Below the pieces are notes generated by a model. That model had not been told where the DNA came from. It saw nothing but the letters and a program-made list of their open reading frames with translations, and did no database searches. Both the position numbers and the translations under genes were made by a program. From positions 160,001 to 224,000 of the forward strand of contig CAVYGB010000009.1 in assembly GCA_963767925.1 (NCBI GenBank): a stretch of DNA of 64,000 bases, written 5' to 3'. This document shows, in pieces, positions 1-11,000 of this stretch. The DNA is from an uncultured delta proteobacterium. GTDB taxonomy: Bacteria > Myxococcota_A > Polyangia > Fen-1088. Each line of letters opens with the position of its first letter. Position 1 is the stretch's first letter.

Positions 1-355
1 GCGCCGGGCGCTGGCCGGGTCGCGCGACGAACGCTTCGCCTCGGCGCGCGAGATGCTGGCCGCCATCCAGTCGTACATGCCGCCCTGGGAGGAGGGGGCC
101 CGCATGGTGTCGCGCTTCGCCCGCCAGCTCGCCCGCCACGCCCACGACGCCCTCGATTCGGTCGACACCCAGGCCCCCATGCAGTCCTTCGAGTCGGTCT
201 GGGAGCCGCGCATCGCGGGCGGCGACAGCGAGCCGACCGATCCCATGGCCGCCGTCACGGCGGTCTCCTGGACCAGCACCTACCAGCTCGCCGCCGCCAC
301 CACGGCGGCCGAGGAGAGCCAGAATTCCGCGAATTCCCCGGAAGCCAAGCACTGA
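1..355 (+). CDS. 3' part of a hypothetical protein (probably starts before the window)
   Basis: GC3-rich frame ending at TGA 353-355; no recognisable motif. Confidence 0.45.
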   Translation, partial: RRALAGSRDERFASAREMLAAIQSYMPPWEEGARMVSRFARQLARHAHDALDSVDTQAPMQSFESVWEPRIAGGDSEPTDPMAAVTAVSWTSTYQLAAATTAAEESQNSANSPEAKH

Positions 356-415
356 TTCGTCCGACCTGAACCGTCCACCAGATCATCCAACCCCAACCCC
401 AAACGGAGACAAGAC

Positions 416-1051
416 ATGAGAATAGTCCTGATCGACGAGCACCAGAGCTACCGTGAGGCCCTCCGGATCGCCCTGTGGCAGGAGGCGCGCATCTTCGTCA
501 GCGCTCACGGGGACTCGGTCCGGCCGCTCTACCCGCTGATCGAGAACCAGCATCCGGATCTGGTGGTGCTCGACGTGATCGTCAAGGACACCGACGCCAT
601 CTCGGCGGTGCGGGAGCTGCACCGGCGAGGCTGCGCCCCCCGCACCTTGATCCTCACCAGCCAGAGCAACACCGCCTTCGTGCGCGACGCCTTCCGGGCG
701 GGGGCCGACGGCTACGCCTTCAAGTCGCAGCCGCTCGACGAGGTGATGGACGCCATGCGGACGACGGCGGCCGGCGAGCGGTACCTGAGCCCCCAGCTTC
801 CGCCGAGCGAGGCGATCGACGGTCCGGTCGATCTGGCCGCCCCGGTGGGGCTGGAGAAGCTGTCGGCCCGCGAGCGGGAGGTCTTCTGTCGCATCATCCA
901 GGGTGACTCGACCCGGGCCATCGCCAGCGCCCTGTGCATCAGCCTCAAGACGGTGGAGACCCACCGGCTGCACATCAACCGCAAGCTGGGCATGCACTCG
1001 CCCGGGCAGCTCATCCGCTACGCCGCGGTCTCCGGGTTGATGGAGGTGTGA
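416..1051 (+). CDS. NarL/LuxR-family response regulator (REC + HTH)
   Basis: N-terminal RIVLIDEH and DLVVLD receiver motifs; C-terminal LSAREREV...IASALCISLKTVETHR LuxR HTH; GGAG RBS upstream. Confidence 0.93.
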   Translation: MRIVLIDEHQSYREALRIALWQEARIFVSAHGDSVRPLYPLIENQHPDLVVLDVIVKDTDAISAVRELHRRGCAPRTLILTSQSNTAFVRDAFRAGADGYAFKSQPLDEVMDAMRTTAAGERYLSPQLPPSEAIDGPVDLAAPVGLEKLSAREREVFCRIIQGDSTRAIASALCISLKTVETHRLHINRKLGMHSPGQLIRYAAVSGLMEV

Positions 1052-1122
1052 AGGGCCGCGCGAGGGAGGAGGGCGGGACCCGCCAGGGGTCCTGCCCCCT
1101 CGAGCTAGGGACTGTTTTCGAA

Positions 1123-1159
1123 CTAGTCGGGTTCCCTCGCTGCGCTCGGGCCCGACTAG
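1123..1159. terminator. Inverted repeat between convergent genes (possible terminator or REP-like hairpin)
   Basis: CTAGTCGGG...CCCGACTAG 9-bp arms; the right arm overlaps the stop codon of the convergent kinase. Confidence 0.35.
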
Positions 1160-4075
1160 CGTACCCGTTCGTTCACGAGGGCCCGCAGGCTGTTGGCGTC
1201 GAACGGCTTCTCCACCCGGATGTTGGGCACCCGATCCAGGAACTCGCGGGCCCGCACGGTGAAGGCGCCGCCCGTGAGGAACACGATGCGCTCGGCCTGC
1301 TCGGGCACCGTGGCCTGCAGGCTGTCGTGAAACTCCATCCCCGTCATGACCGGCATCATCATGTCGCAGAGGATGACGTCGTAGCGCGCTCCCGCGACGA
1401 GGGCGTCGAGGGCCTCCCCGGCGCTGGTGAGCAAGGTGACGTCGTGTTCGCCGGTGAGGAGGCGGCGGACGGCGTTGCCGATCAGCGGATCGTCGTCGAC
1501 CAGCAACACCCGGCCCCGCCGGCTGCTGCGCTTCACCAGCGGCGCCGCCACCGCGGCGGCCGCCGCCGCCCGGGCGGCCGGCAGGAAGACCTTGAACGAG
1601 CTGCCCACCCCCACCTGGGACTCGACCTTCATCTCGCCGCCCATGGCGGTGACGATGCGCTGGCAGATGGCCAGGCCCAGCCCGGTCCCGACCCCGGCGG
1701 CCTTGGTGGTGAAGAAGGGGGTGAACAGGCGCTGGAGCGTGTCGGGCGGGATGCCCGACCCGGTGTCGCGGACTTCGATCACCACCCGCCCGCCCGGATC
1801 GGTGCTGGTGACGATGGTGATCTCGTTGCGGTCGGCGTTGCCCTCGGGGATGGCCTGGGCGGCGTTGACAACCAGGTTCAGGAAGACCTGACCCAGGCGG
1901 GACTCGTTGGCGTCGACCGGCGCGACCTCGCCGAAGCGCTTGATCAGCCGGGCCCGGTGCCGGATCTCGTTCCAGGCCATGCGCAGGGTCGACTCCAGCA
2001 CCTGGCGCGTATCGACCGGTCCCCGCCGGTCCTCCTCGGCGCGCGAGAAGATCTTGAGGTCCTTGACGATCTGCCGCACCCGCTCGGCCGCCTCCTTGCC
2101 GTCCCGCAGGCAGTCGGGTAGCTGGTCCCCCAGGGTTCCCGGCTGGGGCGACTGGGCCCACAGGCGGGTGGCGTCCTGGAAGGCGATGTCGAGGTTGGCC
2201 AGCACGGCGGCCAGGGGGTTGTTGATCTCGTGGGCCACCCCCGCCGCCAGCATGCCCACCGAGGCCATGCGGTCGGAGGCCATGAGCTGGGTCTGGGTGG
2301 CCTTCTCGGCGGTGATGTCGCGAAAGGCCGCCACCGCCCCCTCGATGCGCCCGCCCTCGAGCCGCAGGGGCCGGGCGCTCACGCTTAGGCAGAGGCCGCC
2401 GTCGGTGGAGCCGGGGGGCCGCAGGAACAGCTCGATGTGGTCGGGCGCCTCGCCCCGCAGGGCCCGCACCAGGGGCAGGTCGCGGGCGGGCACCCGGGTC
2501 GTGCGGTCGTCCTGGTAAAAGCCGTAGCGCTCCGACCACTCGCTGGCGGGGGCGTCCACCCGCTGGCGGAACATCGCTCCGGCGGCGCTGTTCCACTGGG
2601 TCAGGTAGCCGCGGGCATCGACCGCCACCACCCCGTCGCCGATGCTGTCGAAGATCGATCGCAGCAGGGCCTCGGACTCCCGGGAGCGCCGCTCGGAGGC
2701 CGCCCGCTCGTCGAAGGCCCGGGCCAGGACCAGGGCCAGCGAGAGCTGGCTGGCCACCCCCTCGGCGAACTCGCTCCGCTCGGGCGGCGGCTCGAGGCCC
2801 GAGGAGGCGAGGTAAATCCCCCCCAGCAAGGTGCTCCCGTGCAGCAGGGGCACCAGCAGCCCCGACAGGGGGGCGGGCAGCTCCAGCTCGGGCGGGGCGT
2901 CGCGCGGCAGCTCCAGGGTCTTGCGCTGCTCGAGCAGGACCCGCAGGCCGTCGAAGCGTCCAAAGAAGGTGGCCAGATCGCCGGGGGCGGCCACCCTCTC
3001 GCCGAAGGCCCGGGTCGTGAGCGCCCCGGAGGGATCGAGGACGTAGAGCGCCCCCTGGGAGATCCCGCCGGCGTCCATGCAAGCGGCCAGGGCGGTGTCG
3101 AGGGCGGTCTGCACGTCGAGGCCATGGCAGAGGGCGCCCGAGATGCCGCTCAGCACCGACAGCTCGGCCGACAGGCTGGCGCAGCGCTGGGCCAGGCCGG
3201 CGTTGAGGTTGGCCTGCTTCTCGAGCTGGGCCAGCACCCGGCGGTTCCGCTCGGCCTCGACGTCGGCCCGGCGGGCTGCGGCGCCGTGCCCGAGGGGGGG
3301 CTGGGCGCGGGCCCGGGGCTGGGCCAGGCAGCGCTGGATGGCCTCCACCACCTCGCGCAGCTCGGGCGTGCGGATCACGAAGGCGTCAGCCTCGATCTGG
3401 GTGGCCAGGTCCCGGTCTTCGCGCTCGAGGTAGGTGTTCGTCGCCATGACGACCGGAATGGCGGCCAGCAGGGGATCGTCGCGCAGGGCCCGGCACAGGC
3501 CGAACCCGTCCATCCGCGGCATCATCACGTCGGTCAGCACCAGGTCGGGGCGCTCCTGCCGCACCCGCTCGAGCGCCTCGACGCCGTCGCGGGCCCCGAT
3601 TGTGTGAAAGCCCAGCCGCTCGAGGCGGTACAGGGTCAGCTTGAGCTGGATGGCATCGTCGTCGGCCACCACCACCTTGCGCCCATCCGGAGATCGTCGC
3701 GGTGGGGCGCTCGCCCTCGTGCAGGTGGGCCCGCACGATCTGCAGCAGGCGGGCGGGCTCGACCGGCTTGGTGATGACGTCGTCGAAGCCGGCCGCGCTG
3801 AGGCGGACCTCCTCGAGCTTGCTCACCATCCCCGAGCAGGCCAGGACGGCGATCTCCGGGCTGACCGCCCGCAGCTTGGGGGCCAGCTCGAACCCGCTGA
3901 TGTCGGGCAGCACCAGGTCGAGCAGGACGAGCTGCGGGCGCTCGGCCATGAGCGCCAGGGCGCTGGCCCCGTCGGGCGCGGCCAGCACCCGGTAGCCCTT
4001 GGCCTCGAGGGCGAAGGACACCATCTTCCGGGAGATGGCGTTGTCTTCGACGACAAGGATGGTGGGTCCGCTCAT
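1156..4075 (-). CDS. Hybrid histidine kinase REC-REC-GAF-PAS-HisKA-HATPase-REC, split by one frameshift near 3686-3690
   Basis: ORF 3386..4075 starts with a REC domain (ILVVEDN); a one-base shift gives DGRKVVVADD continuing into ORF 1156..3675, which has AHEINNPL (H box), NLVVNA, DTGSG, GTGLGL and a C-terminal REC. Confidence 0.85.
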
Positions 4076-4464
4076 GACGGAGCGGGGTGGCCGCTCGCGC
4101 CGAGGTGCCGCTCCAGGAGCTGGGGCAAAGCCCGGGTGTCGATCGGCTTGGTGACGTAGGCGTCGCAGCCGGCGGCGAGGGCCCGCTGCTCGTCCCCCTT
4201 CATGGCGTAGGCCGTGATGGCGATGATGACCACGCCCTTCATCCTGGGATCGGCCTTGATCCGGCGGGTGATCTCGAACCCGTCGATGCCCGGGAGCTGC
4301 AGGTCCATGAGGATGAGCCGGGGCCGGAAGTCGCTGAGGGTGGCGAAGACCTCGCCGGCGTCGACGGCGGTGCGCACTTCGTACCCCGACTTCTCCAGCA
4401 GGAAGGTCATCAGCTTCATGTTGGAGGGGTTGTCGTCGACGATCAGGATGGGCTCACCTGCCAT
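4072..4464 (-). CDS. Single-domain response regulator (DivK/CheY-like)
   Basis: ILIVDDN, LILMDLQLPGIDG, ITAYAMKGD, YVTKPI; overlaps both neighbours. Confidence 0.93.
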   Translation of the reverse strand: MAGEPILIVDDNPSNMKLMTFLLEKSGYEVRTAVDAGEVFATLSDFRPRLILMDLQLPGIDGFEITRRIKADPRMKGVVIIAITAYAMKGDEQRALAAGCDAYVTKPIDTRALPQLLERHLGASGHPAPS

Positions 4465-7278
4465 GAATCACTCCCTTTCTCGCGGACGTCTCGACGCCCA
4501 GGTGATCGGATAGAGTCTGGAGCAAGGTCTCTTTGCGGCCCTGACCCTTGGGGATGATGGCCTGGGCCCGGCTGAGGAGGCCGGTGCGCTGCTCGGAGGA
4601 GAGATCGGCCACCGTCCAGACCAGCACCGGTGTGCGGCTGCACTGGGGGCGCTCGCGGAATTCACGCAGGAAGGTGAAGCCGTCCATGCCCGGCATGTTG
4701 AGGTCGAGCACGACGATGGCCGGGCCGTCCGCCTCGCGGTCCAGCGCCGCCAGGGCCTCGCGGGCGTCGCTGAAGCAGAGGGGCCGGCAGCCCAGCCCCT
4801 CGAGGGTGGTGGCCATCAGCTTGAGTGACCCGGGATCGTCGTCCACGACGAACGCCGACTTGCGCTTGGGGGGCACGATGTACCGCGCGAGCGCGGCCAG
4901 CACCCCGTCGGGGTCGATGGGCTTGGACAGCACGTCTTGCACGACGAAGCCCGCGGCGACGCTCTCCGTCACCACGGTGATGACCACCACCGGCACCTGC
5001 GGGTTCCTGCTCTGCGAGCGGATGGCCTTGAGCACCTCGAGGCCGGCCATGTCGGGCAGCAGGAGGTCGAGGGTGACGGCGTCGAAGGACCGCTCCCGGC
5101 AGCGGGCCATCGCCTGGGCGCCGGTCGCCACCGCCTCTACCGAGAACCCGGCCGTGGAGAGAGCCTTGACCAGCATCTCCTGGTCGCGGGCGTCGTCCTC
5201 GACCACCAGGACGGCGGTGGCGTTGGCTCGCCCCTGGGCCACCACCCGGCTGCGCCCGGCCCTGGTCGAGGTGCTGGTAAAGCGGGGCAAGACGGCGTGG
5301 AAGGTGCTGCCCACCCCGACGGCGCTCTCGATGCCGACGCTGCCGCCCTGGGCCTGGACCAGGCGGCGGGTGAGGGCCAGCCCCAGCCCGGTCCCCTGGT
5401 GCCGCTTGGCCGAGCCCCCGTCGAGCTGCTGGAACTCGGTGAACAGCCGGCCGATCTCCTCGGGGGCGATGCCCATCCCGGTGTCCTGCACCTCGAGGCG
5501 GAAGCTGTCGGGCCCCTCCGGCCGGGCCCGCACGACGACCCGACCGCCCTCGGGCGTGAACTTGAAGGCGTTCGACAGGTAGTTGTAGAGCACCTGCTTG
5601 AGGCGCCCGGCGTCCAGCGTGACCTGGCCGATCTCGGGGTCGAGCTCGGTCTCGACGTGCAGGCACTTCCTGATGGCGGTGGGGCGCAAGATGGAGAGCA
5701 CCTCCGCCACCAGGCCGCCGAGCACGAGCGGCTCGGGATAGAACTCCATCTTCCCGGCCTCCACCTTCGACAGGTCGAGGATGTCGTTGATGAGCTGCTG
5801 CAGGTGCTTGCCGCTGCCGAGGATGTCGTTGAGGAACTCCTTCTGCCTGTCGCCGAGGGGGCCCGCCGCCTCGTCGTGCAGCAGCTCGGAGAAGCCGATG
5901 ATGGCGTTGAGGGGGGTGCGCAGCTCGTGCGACATGTTCGCCAGGAACTCGCTCTTGAGGCGGCTGGCCTCCTCGACCTGCCGGGTCTGCTCGGTCAGCT
6001 CGTCGGCCCGGTTGCGGGCCTTCTCCAGCTCGTGCCGCTCGGTCACGTCGATCACGGTCGAGACCCGCAGGGCCGCCTCGCCCGGCCGGGAGGGCAACAT
6101 GCTGGTCGAGACCATGACCGGGATGGCCGACCCATCCTTGCGCCGCAGGCGGGTCTCGTAGGTGTGGGAGCCCCGCTGCTCGACGAGGCGGGCCAGGGTA
6201 GGGTTGTCCGATCGGGCGTCGGGGGGCAACACCTCCTCGCCCACCCCCGGCACGATCTCGCCGACGTCGTAGCCCAGCAGCCGGGCGTAGGCCGGGTTCA
6301 AGCTGTGCAGGCGCCGCGACGACACCTCGGAGATGGCGATGCCGAACTGGGCCTGCTCGAACACCTGGGCCCAGATGGCCCGGGAGTGCTCGCCCTTCTT
6401 CTGGTTGGCGAGATCGCGGATGAAGCTCTTGAACATGTAGCGGCCGTCGGACCGCTTGCGGGCCACGACGGTGGCCTCGAGGGGCATCTCGTCGCCGTCG
6501 GCCCGCATGCCGACGATCTCGAAGCGCTTGCCCGCGACCTCGCCCGTACCCTCTCCCTCCTCGATGAAGCGGGCCAGCCCGGCCTGGTAGGCGGCGCGGA
6601 GGCGGGGGGGATGATCAGCTCGGCCAGGACCTGGCCGAGCGCCTCCTCCCGGCCATAGCCGAAGGTCAGCTCGGCGGCGGGGTTGAACTCGGTGACCCGG
6701 CCTTCGTGATCGGTGGCGATGATGGGATCCAGCGTGGCGTTGAGGATCAGGCTGTGGTGGGCCTCGGCGTCGCGGATCAGCTCTTCCTTGATCTCCAGGT
6801 AGCGGGCCCCGATGGTGACCATCGATCGGGACATCAGCTCGGCCACCACGACCAGCACCGCCGACAGCCGGGTCGGGCTGGCCCGGTAGGCCTGGACCAG
6901 CAGGGGGACGAGATCGATCTGCAGGCCGAAGAAGACCTCCGTCAAGGCCTCGAAGCCGACCCCCATGCGGGCGTACAGGGCGCCCTGTCCCCGCATGAAC
7001 GCCTCGAAGCCGGTCCAGTCGCCCGCCACCGCCCGGGCGAGCAGCTCGCGCGACCGCTGGCTATCGCGGGCCATCTGCTGCGGCGTCACCGACTCCGCGA
7101 TCGGGCCGAGCTCGGGGTGACGCTCCAGGCGCTGCAGGGTGGAGACCTGCAGCGCCTCGTGGTGCTTGTCGTAGACCGCCCAGAAATCGTCCAGCTCCGG
7201 GCGCCGGCTGGGCGGAAACCAGGGCTCCGACCGGCGGGGCTCGGTCCCTTGCTCCTGGTGTTGTGCGATGTCCTGCAT
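4454..7278 (-). CDS. Hybrid histidine kinase: globin-like sensor-PAS-PAS-HisKA-HATPase-REC-REC, split by a frameshift at the G7 run 6604-6610
   Basis: ORF 6298..7278 gives a helical sensor and the start of a PAS domain (FNPAAELTFGY); adding one base gives IPPRLRAAYQAGLARF, in frame with ORF 4454..6508 (SHELRTPLN, NYLSNAFKFT, GTGLGL, two REC). Confidence 0.85.
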
Positions 7279-7433
7279 GTCGCTCCCCCGCCTGCGGACC
7301 GCGGCCCCGAGCGGCTGACCATCAGGGGTCAGGCAGACTCACCGCCGCCCTGGATCCATCGCCGTTTCGCTGCGGGTCTAAATCGAGGCCGACCCTGAGT
7401 AACAGCCGCGTACACCGGCAACCGATGTATGCG

Positions 7434-7916
7434 ATGGAGCAGAGCGAGCCAGCGGGGCGGCCTTCTCGGGGGCCTGCCCGGAGGAGGAGGTGGCGGCGGA
7501 TGGCCGCGCTCGGGGTGCTGGGCCTGGCCGGCTGTGCGCCACCGGGCCCGGTGAACCGCCTCGACGCCAGCCTCTGGCATCCACCTCCCGAGCCGCCGCC
7601 CACGCCCATCTTCGATCCGCCGCCGCTGGATCCCCCCGCCGTCGCCCCGCCGCCCAGCGACGCCGCCCCGCCGCCCGCCAGCAGCGACGCGGCCTTGGCC
7701 CCCGGCAGCGCCGACCGGAACCTCGTCTACACCGTGGTCTTCCGCCCGGCCGACGCCGAGCGGGCCCTGCTGCTCGACTGGACCATCGACCCCGGCGAGA
7801 GCCCCGGAGCAGGTGGCGCCAGCGAAGGTGGGGGCGAAGGCGGGGGCCAGGGCGGCGGCGGCGGGGGCGAAGGCCGACACCGCGTCCGCCTGCAGGCCGT
7901 CACCGTGGGGGAGTAG
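7434..7916 (+). CDS. Hypothetical Pro/Gly-rich lipoprotein
   Basis: Lipobox-like LGVLGLAGC followed by a Pro-rich segment; start uncertain. Confidence 0.5.
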   Translation: MEQSEPAGRPSRGPARRRRWRRMAALGVLGLAGCAPPGPVNRLDASLWHPPPEPPPTPIFDPPPLDPPAVAPPPSDAAPPPASSDAALAPGSADRNLVYTVVFRPADAERALLLDWTIDPGESPGAGGASEGGGEGGGQGGGGGGEGRHRVRLQAVTVGE

Positions 7917-7925
7917 CGCGATCGG

Positions 7926-7977
7926 ATCACCTCTCCCGCTTGCGGCGAGGTCGGCGCGTCTGCGCGACGGGTGAGGG
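7926..7977. repeat. REP-like intergenic palindromic repeat (CCTCTCCC...GAGG...GGGTGAGGG family)
   Basis: Close match to the copy at 29546-29606 (ATCACCTCTCCC...GAGGTCGGCGCGTCT.CGCG.CGGGTGAGGG). Confidence 0.7.
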
Positions 7978-8055
7978 ACGCCCGACCTGGCAAACGGGCA
8001 GCGGGTCCAGACGGACGCCCTCGATCTGGCGCGGCGTTGTAGTAAAAACAGCGAG

Positions 8056-11000
8056 ATGGGTGTGTTCGGGTATGGTCGGCCGGGCGAGATCTACCGGGGC
8101 ACGCGCTACGTGGTGACGCGGCGAACCCGGGCCGGGCAGCAGGTGGTGGTGAAAGCGGTGCGGCCCGAGTGCCCCGATCTGGCCGGGGCCCGCGCGCGGC
8201 TGGATCACGAGCACGCGCTGCTCGTCGATCTGCGCCTGCCGGGCATCGTGCGGGTGGCGGGGCTCGAGGATGGGGACAGCGGGGCGGCCCTGGTGCTGGA
8301 GGACGCTGGCCAGCAGACCCTCGAGCAGTGGCAGGGCCGGCGGCCGCTGGCCCCCGAGCGGTTCCTGCCCATCGCCACCGGGCTGGCCGAGGCCCTCACC
8401 CGCCTGCACGACCGCCGCATCATCCACCGGGACATCAACCCCACCAACGTCGTCATCGGCGAGGGCGGGCGGGTCACTCTGATCGACTTCGACGCCGCCA
8501 GCGCGACCGACGGGCCCGCCGATCGCGGCGGGGTGCCGGCCCACCGGGGGACCGCCCTGGCCTACTGCTCGCCGGAGGAGACCGGGCGGGTGGGGCGCCT
8601 TGTCGACGGGCGCGCCGACCTGTATTCGCTGGGGGCGACCTTCTACGAGATGTTGACCGGGGCCCCGCCCTTCGTGACCCGCGACCCGGTCGAGCTGGTG
8701 CACGCCCACCTGGCCCGCTCGCCGCTGCCGCCCGCCCAGGCCAACCCGGCGGTGCCCGAGCTGCTGTCGGAGCTGGTGCTCAAGCTGCTGGCGAAGATGC
8801 CCGAGGCCCGCTACCAGAGCGCCGACGCGCTCCTGTGGGATCTGCGCGAGGCCGAGGCGCGCCTGCGCAGCGCCGGGGACATCGACCGCTTCGAGCTGGG
8901 GCTGGCCGACCTGGCGCGCGAGCTGGCCCTGCCCGAGACGCTGTACCAGCGCGAGCAGGAGCGGGCGGCCCTGCTGGGTGCCTGGGATCGCGCCGCCACC
9001 GGCGATCGAGGGGTGGTGGTGCTGGCGGGGCCCGCCGGGGTGGGCAAGTCGGCCCTGGCCGCCGAGCTGCGGGGGCCGGTCGGCCGCCGCAGCGGCCGGC
9101 TGCTCACCGGCAAGGCCGAGCTGCGCCGGAGCAGCACCCCCTACGCCCCGGTGGTGCAGGCCCTGCAGCAGCTCGCCGCCAGCCTGCACGCCCAGGCCGA
9201 GGCGGGGGAGGAGGGGGCGCGCACGGCCCGGCGGCTGCAAGAGGCGCTCGGCAGCAACACGCGCGTTGTCACCGACCTGTGCCCCGAGCTGGAGCCGCTG
9301 GCGGGGACGGCGCCGCCGCTGCCCGCGCTGGGGCCGATCGAGACCGAAAATCGCTTCTGCCTCACCCTGCGCGCCTTCGTGCAGGCGCTGGCCACCGCCG
9401 AGCGCCCGCTGGTGCTGCTGATAGAGGACCTGCAGTGGGTCGACCCCGCCTCCTTGCGCCTGCTGCGCGTGCTGGCCGATCGCCCGCACCTGCACCACCT
9501 GCTGCTGGTCGTGACCTGCCGGAGCGAGGAGGTGGGGTCCGAGCACCCGGCCCGCTCGACCCTCGAGGCCCTCCTCGCCGATGGCCCGCCCGCCGCGGTG
9601 GCCATCGAGCTGCCCGCTCTGACCGTCGAGGCGATCACCGCCTTCTGCGGCGCGGCCCTGCGCTGCGAGCCGGAGCGGGCCCGCCCGCTGGCCGAGCTGG
9701 TGCTGCGCAAGACGGGGGGCAATCCCTTCTTCGTGCGCCGGCTCCTGCGTTACCTGCACAAGGAGGATCTGCTCGGCTTCGATCGGGGGGCGGCGACCTG
9801 GAGCTGGGACCTGGCCCGGATCGAGAACGTCGGCGTCACCGACAACGTCGCCGGCGTGTTGCTGGCCACGCTGGCCCGGCTGCCGTTTGCCGTGCAGGTC
9901 GCGGTCCGCACCGTGGCCTGCCTGGGTCACCAGGCTCCCCTCGGCACGGTGGCGGCGGTGACCGGGCAGACCCGGGAGGCCACCGCGGGCGCGCTGCAGG
10001 TCGCGGTCAAGGAGGGGCTGCTGGTGGCGCTCGACGCCGAGGCGGGGCCCAGCGCGCCCGACGCCTCCTTCCAGTTCGTCCACGACCGGGTCCAGCAGGC
10101 GGCCTATTCGCTGCTGTCGGAGGCGGATCGGCGGGCGGTCCACCTGAGCGCCGGGCGGCAGCTCCTGCGCGAGCGGGCCGGCGGCCCCCTCGACGACCGC
10201 CTGTTCGCGGCGGTCGATCAGTTCGAGTCGGCGGCGCCGCTGGCCGACCCGGCCGAGCGGCTGGCGGTGGCCGAGCTGAACCTGCGGGCGGCCGATCGGG
10301 CCCGGGCCTCCTCGGCCTACGCCTCGGCCCTGGTCTATCTGCGCCGGGGGATCGCCCTGTTCCCCGCGGAGGCCACCCCCGAGCAGGCGGCGCTCGCCTT
10401 CACCTTGCACCGGGACGCCCTGGCCTGCGCCTGCCTGATCGCCGAGGGCGAGCAGGTGGACGAGCTGTTCCGGGCCGCGCTCGCCCTGGCCCGCAGCCCC
10501 GCCGACCAGGCGGAGCTGTACTGGATCCGGGCCCGGGATCGCATCACCGCCCTCGACAACCGCGACGCCCTGTACTGGGTGCAGGCGGGGCTGCGCCTGT
10601 TCGGGGCCGAGCTGCCCGAGGTGGCCCCGGGGGCAGCGCTCGGCGAGGAGCTGGCGGCCCTCGCCGCGGAGCTGTCCGGGCGCCGGGCCGACGACCTGCT
10701 CGCGGTGTCGGGTACGCCCGATCCCGATCACCGGGTGATCATGGACCTGCTGGCGACCGCCCTCACCGCGACCTACTTCGAGCGCCAGGACCTGTGGCCG
10801 GTGGTGCTGGCCCGCCTGGTGAGCCTCTCGCTGCGCCGGGGCCTGGCCCGCAGCTCGCCGTTCGCCTTCACCTGCTTCGGAGTGCTGCTCTCGCGACAGG
10901 GGAACTACCCGGCCGGGCTGCGGGTGGGCCGCCTGGCCATCGAGCTGGTCCAGCGCATGGGCGACCCGGTGGAGGAGTGCCGCACGGTCAACGTGTTCGT

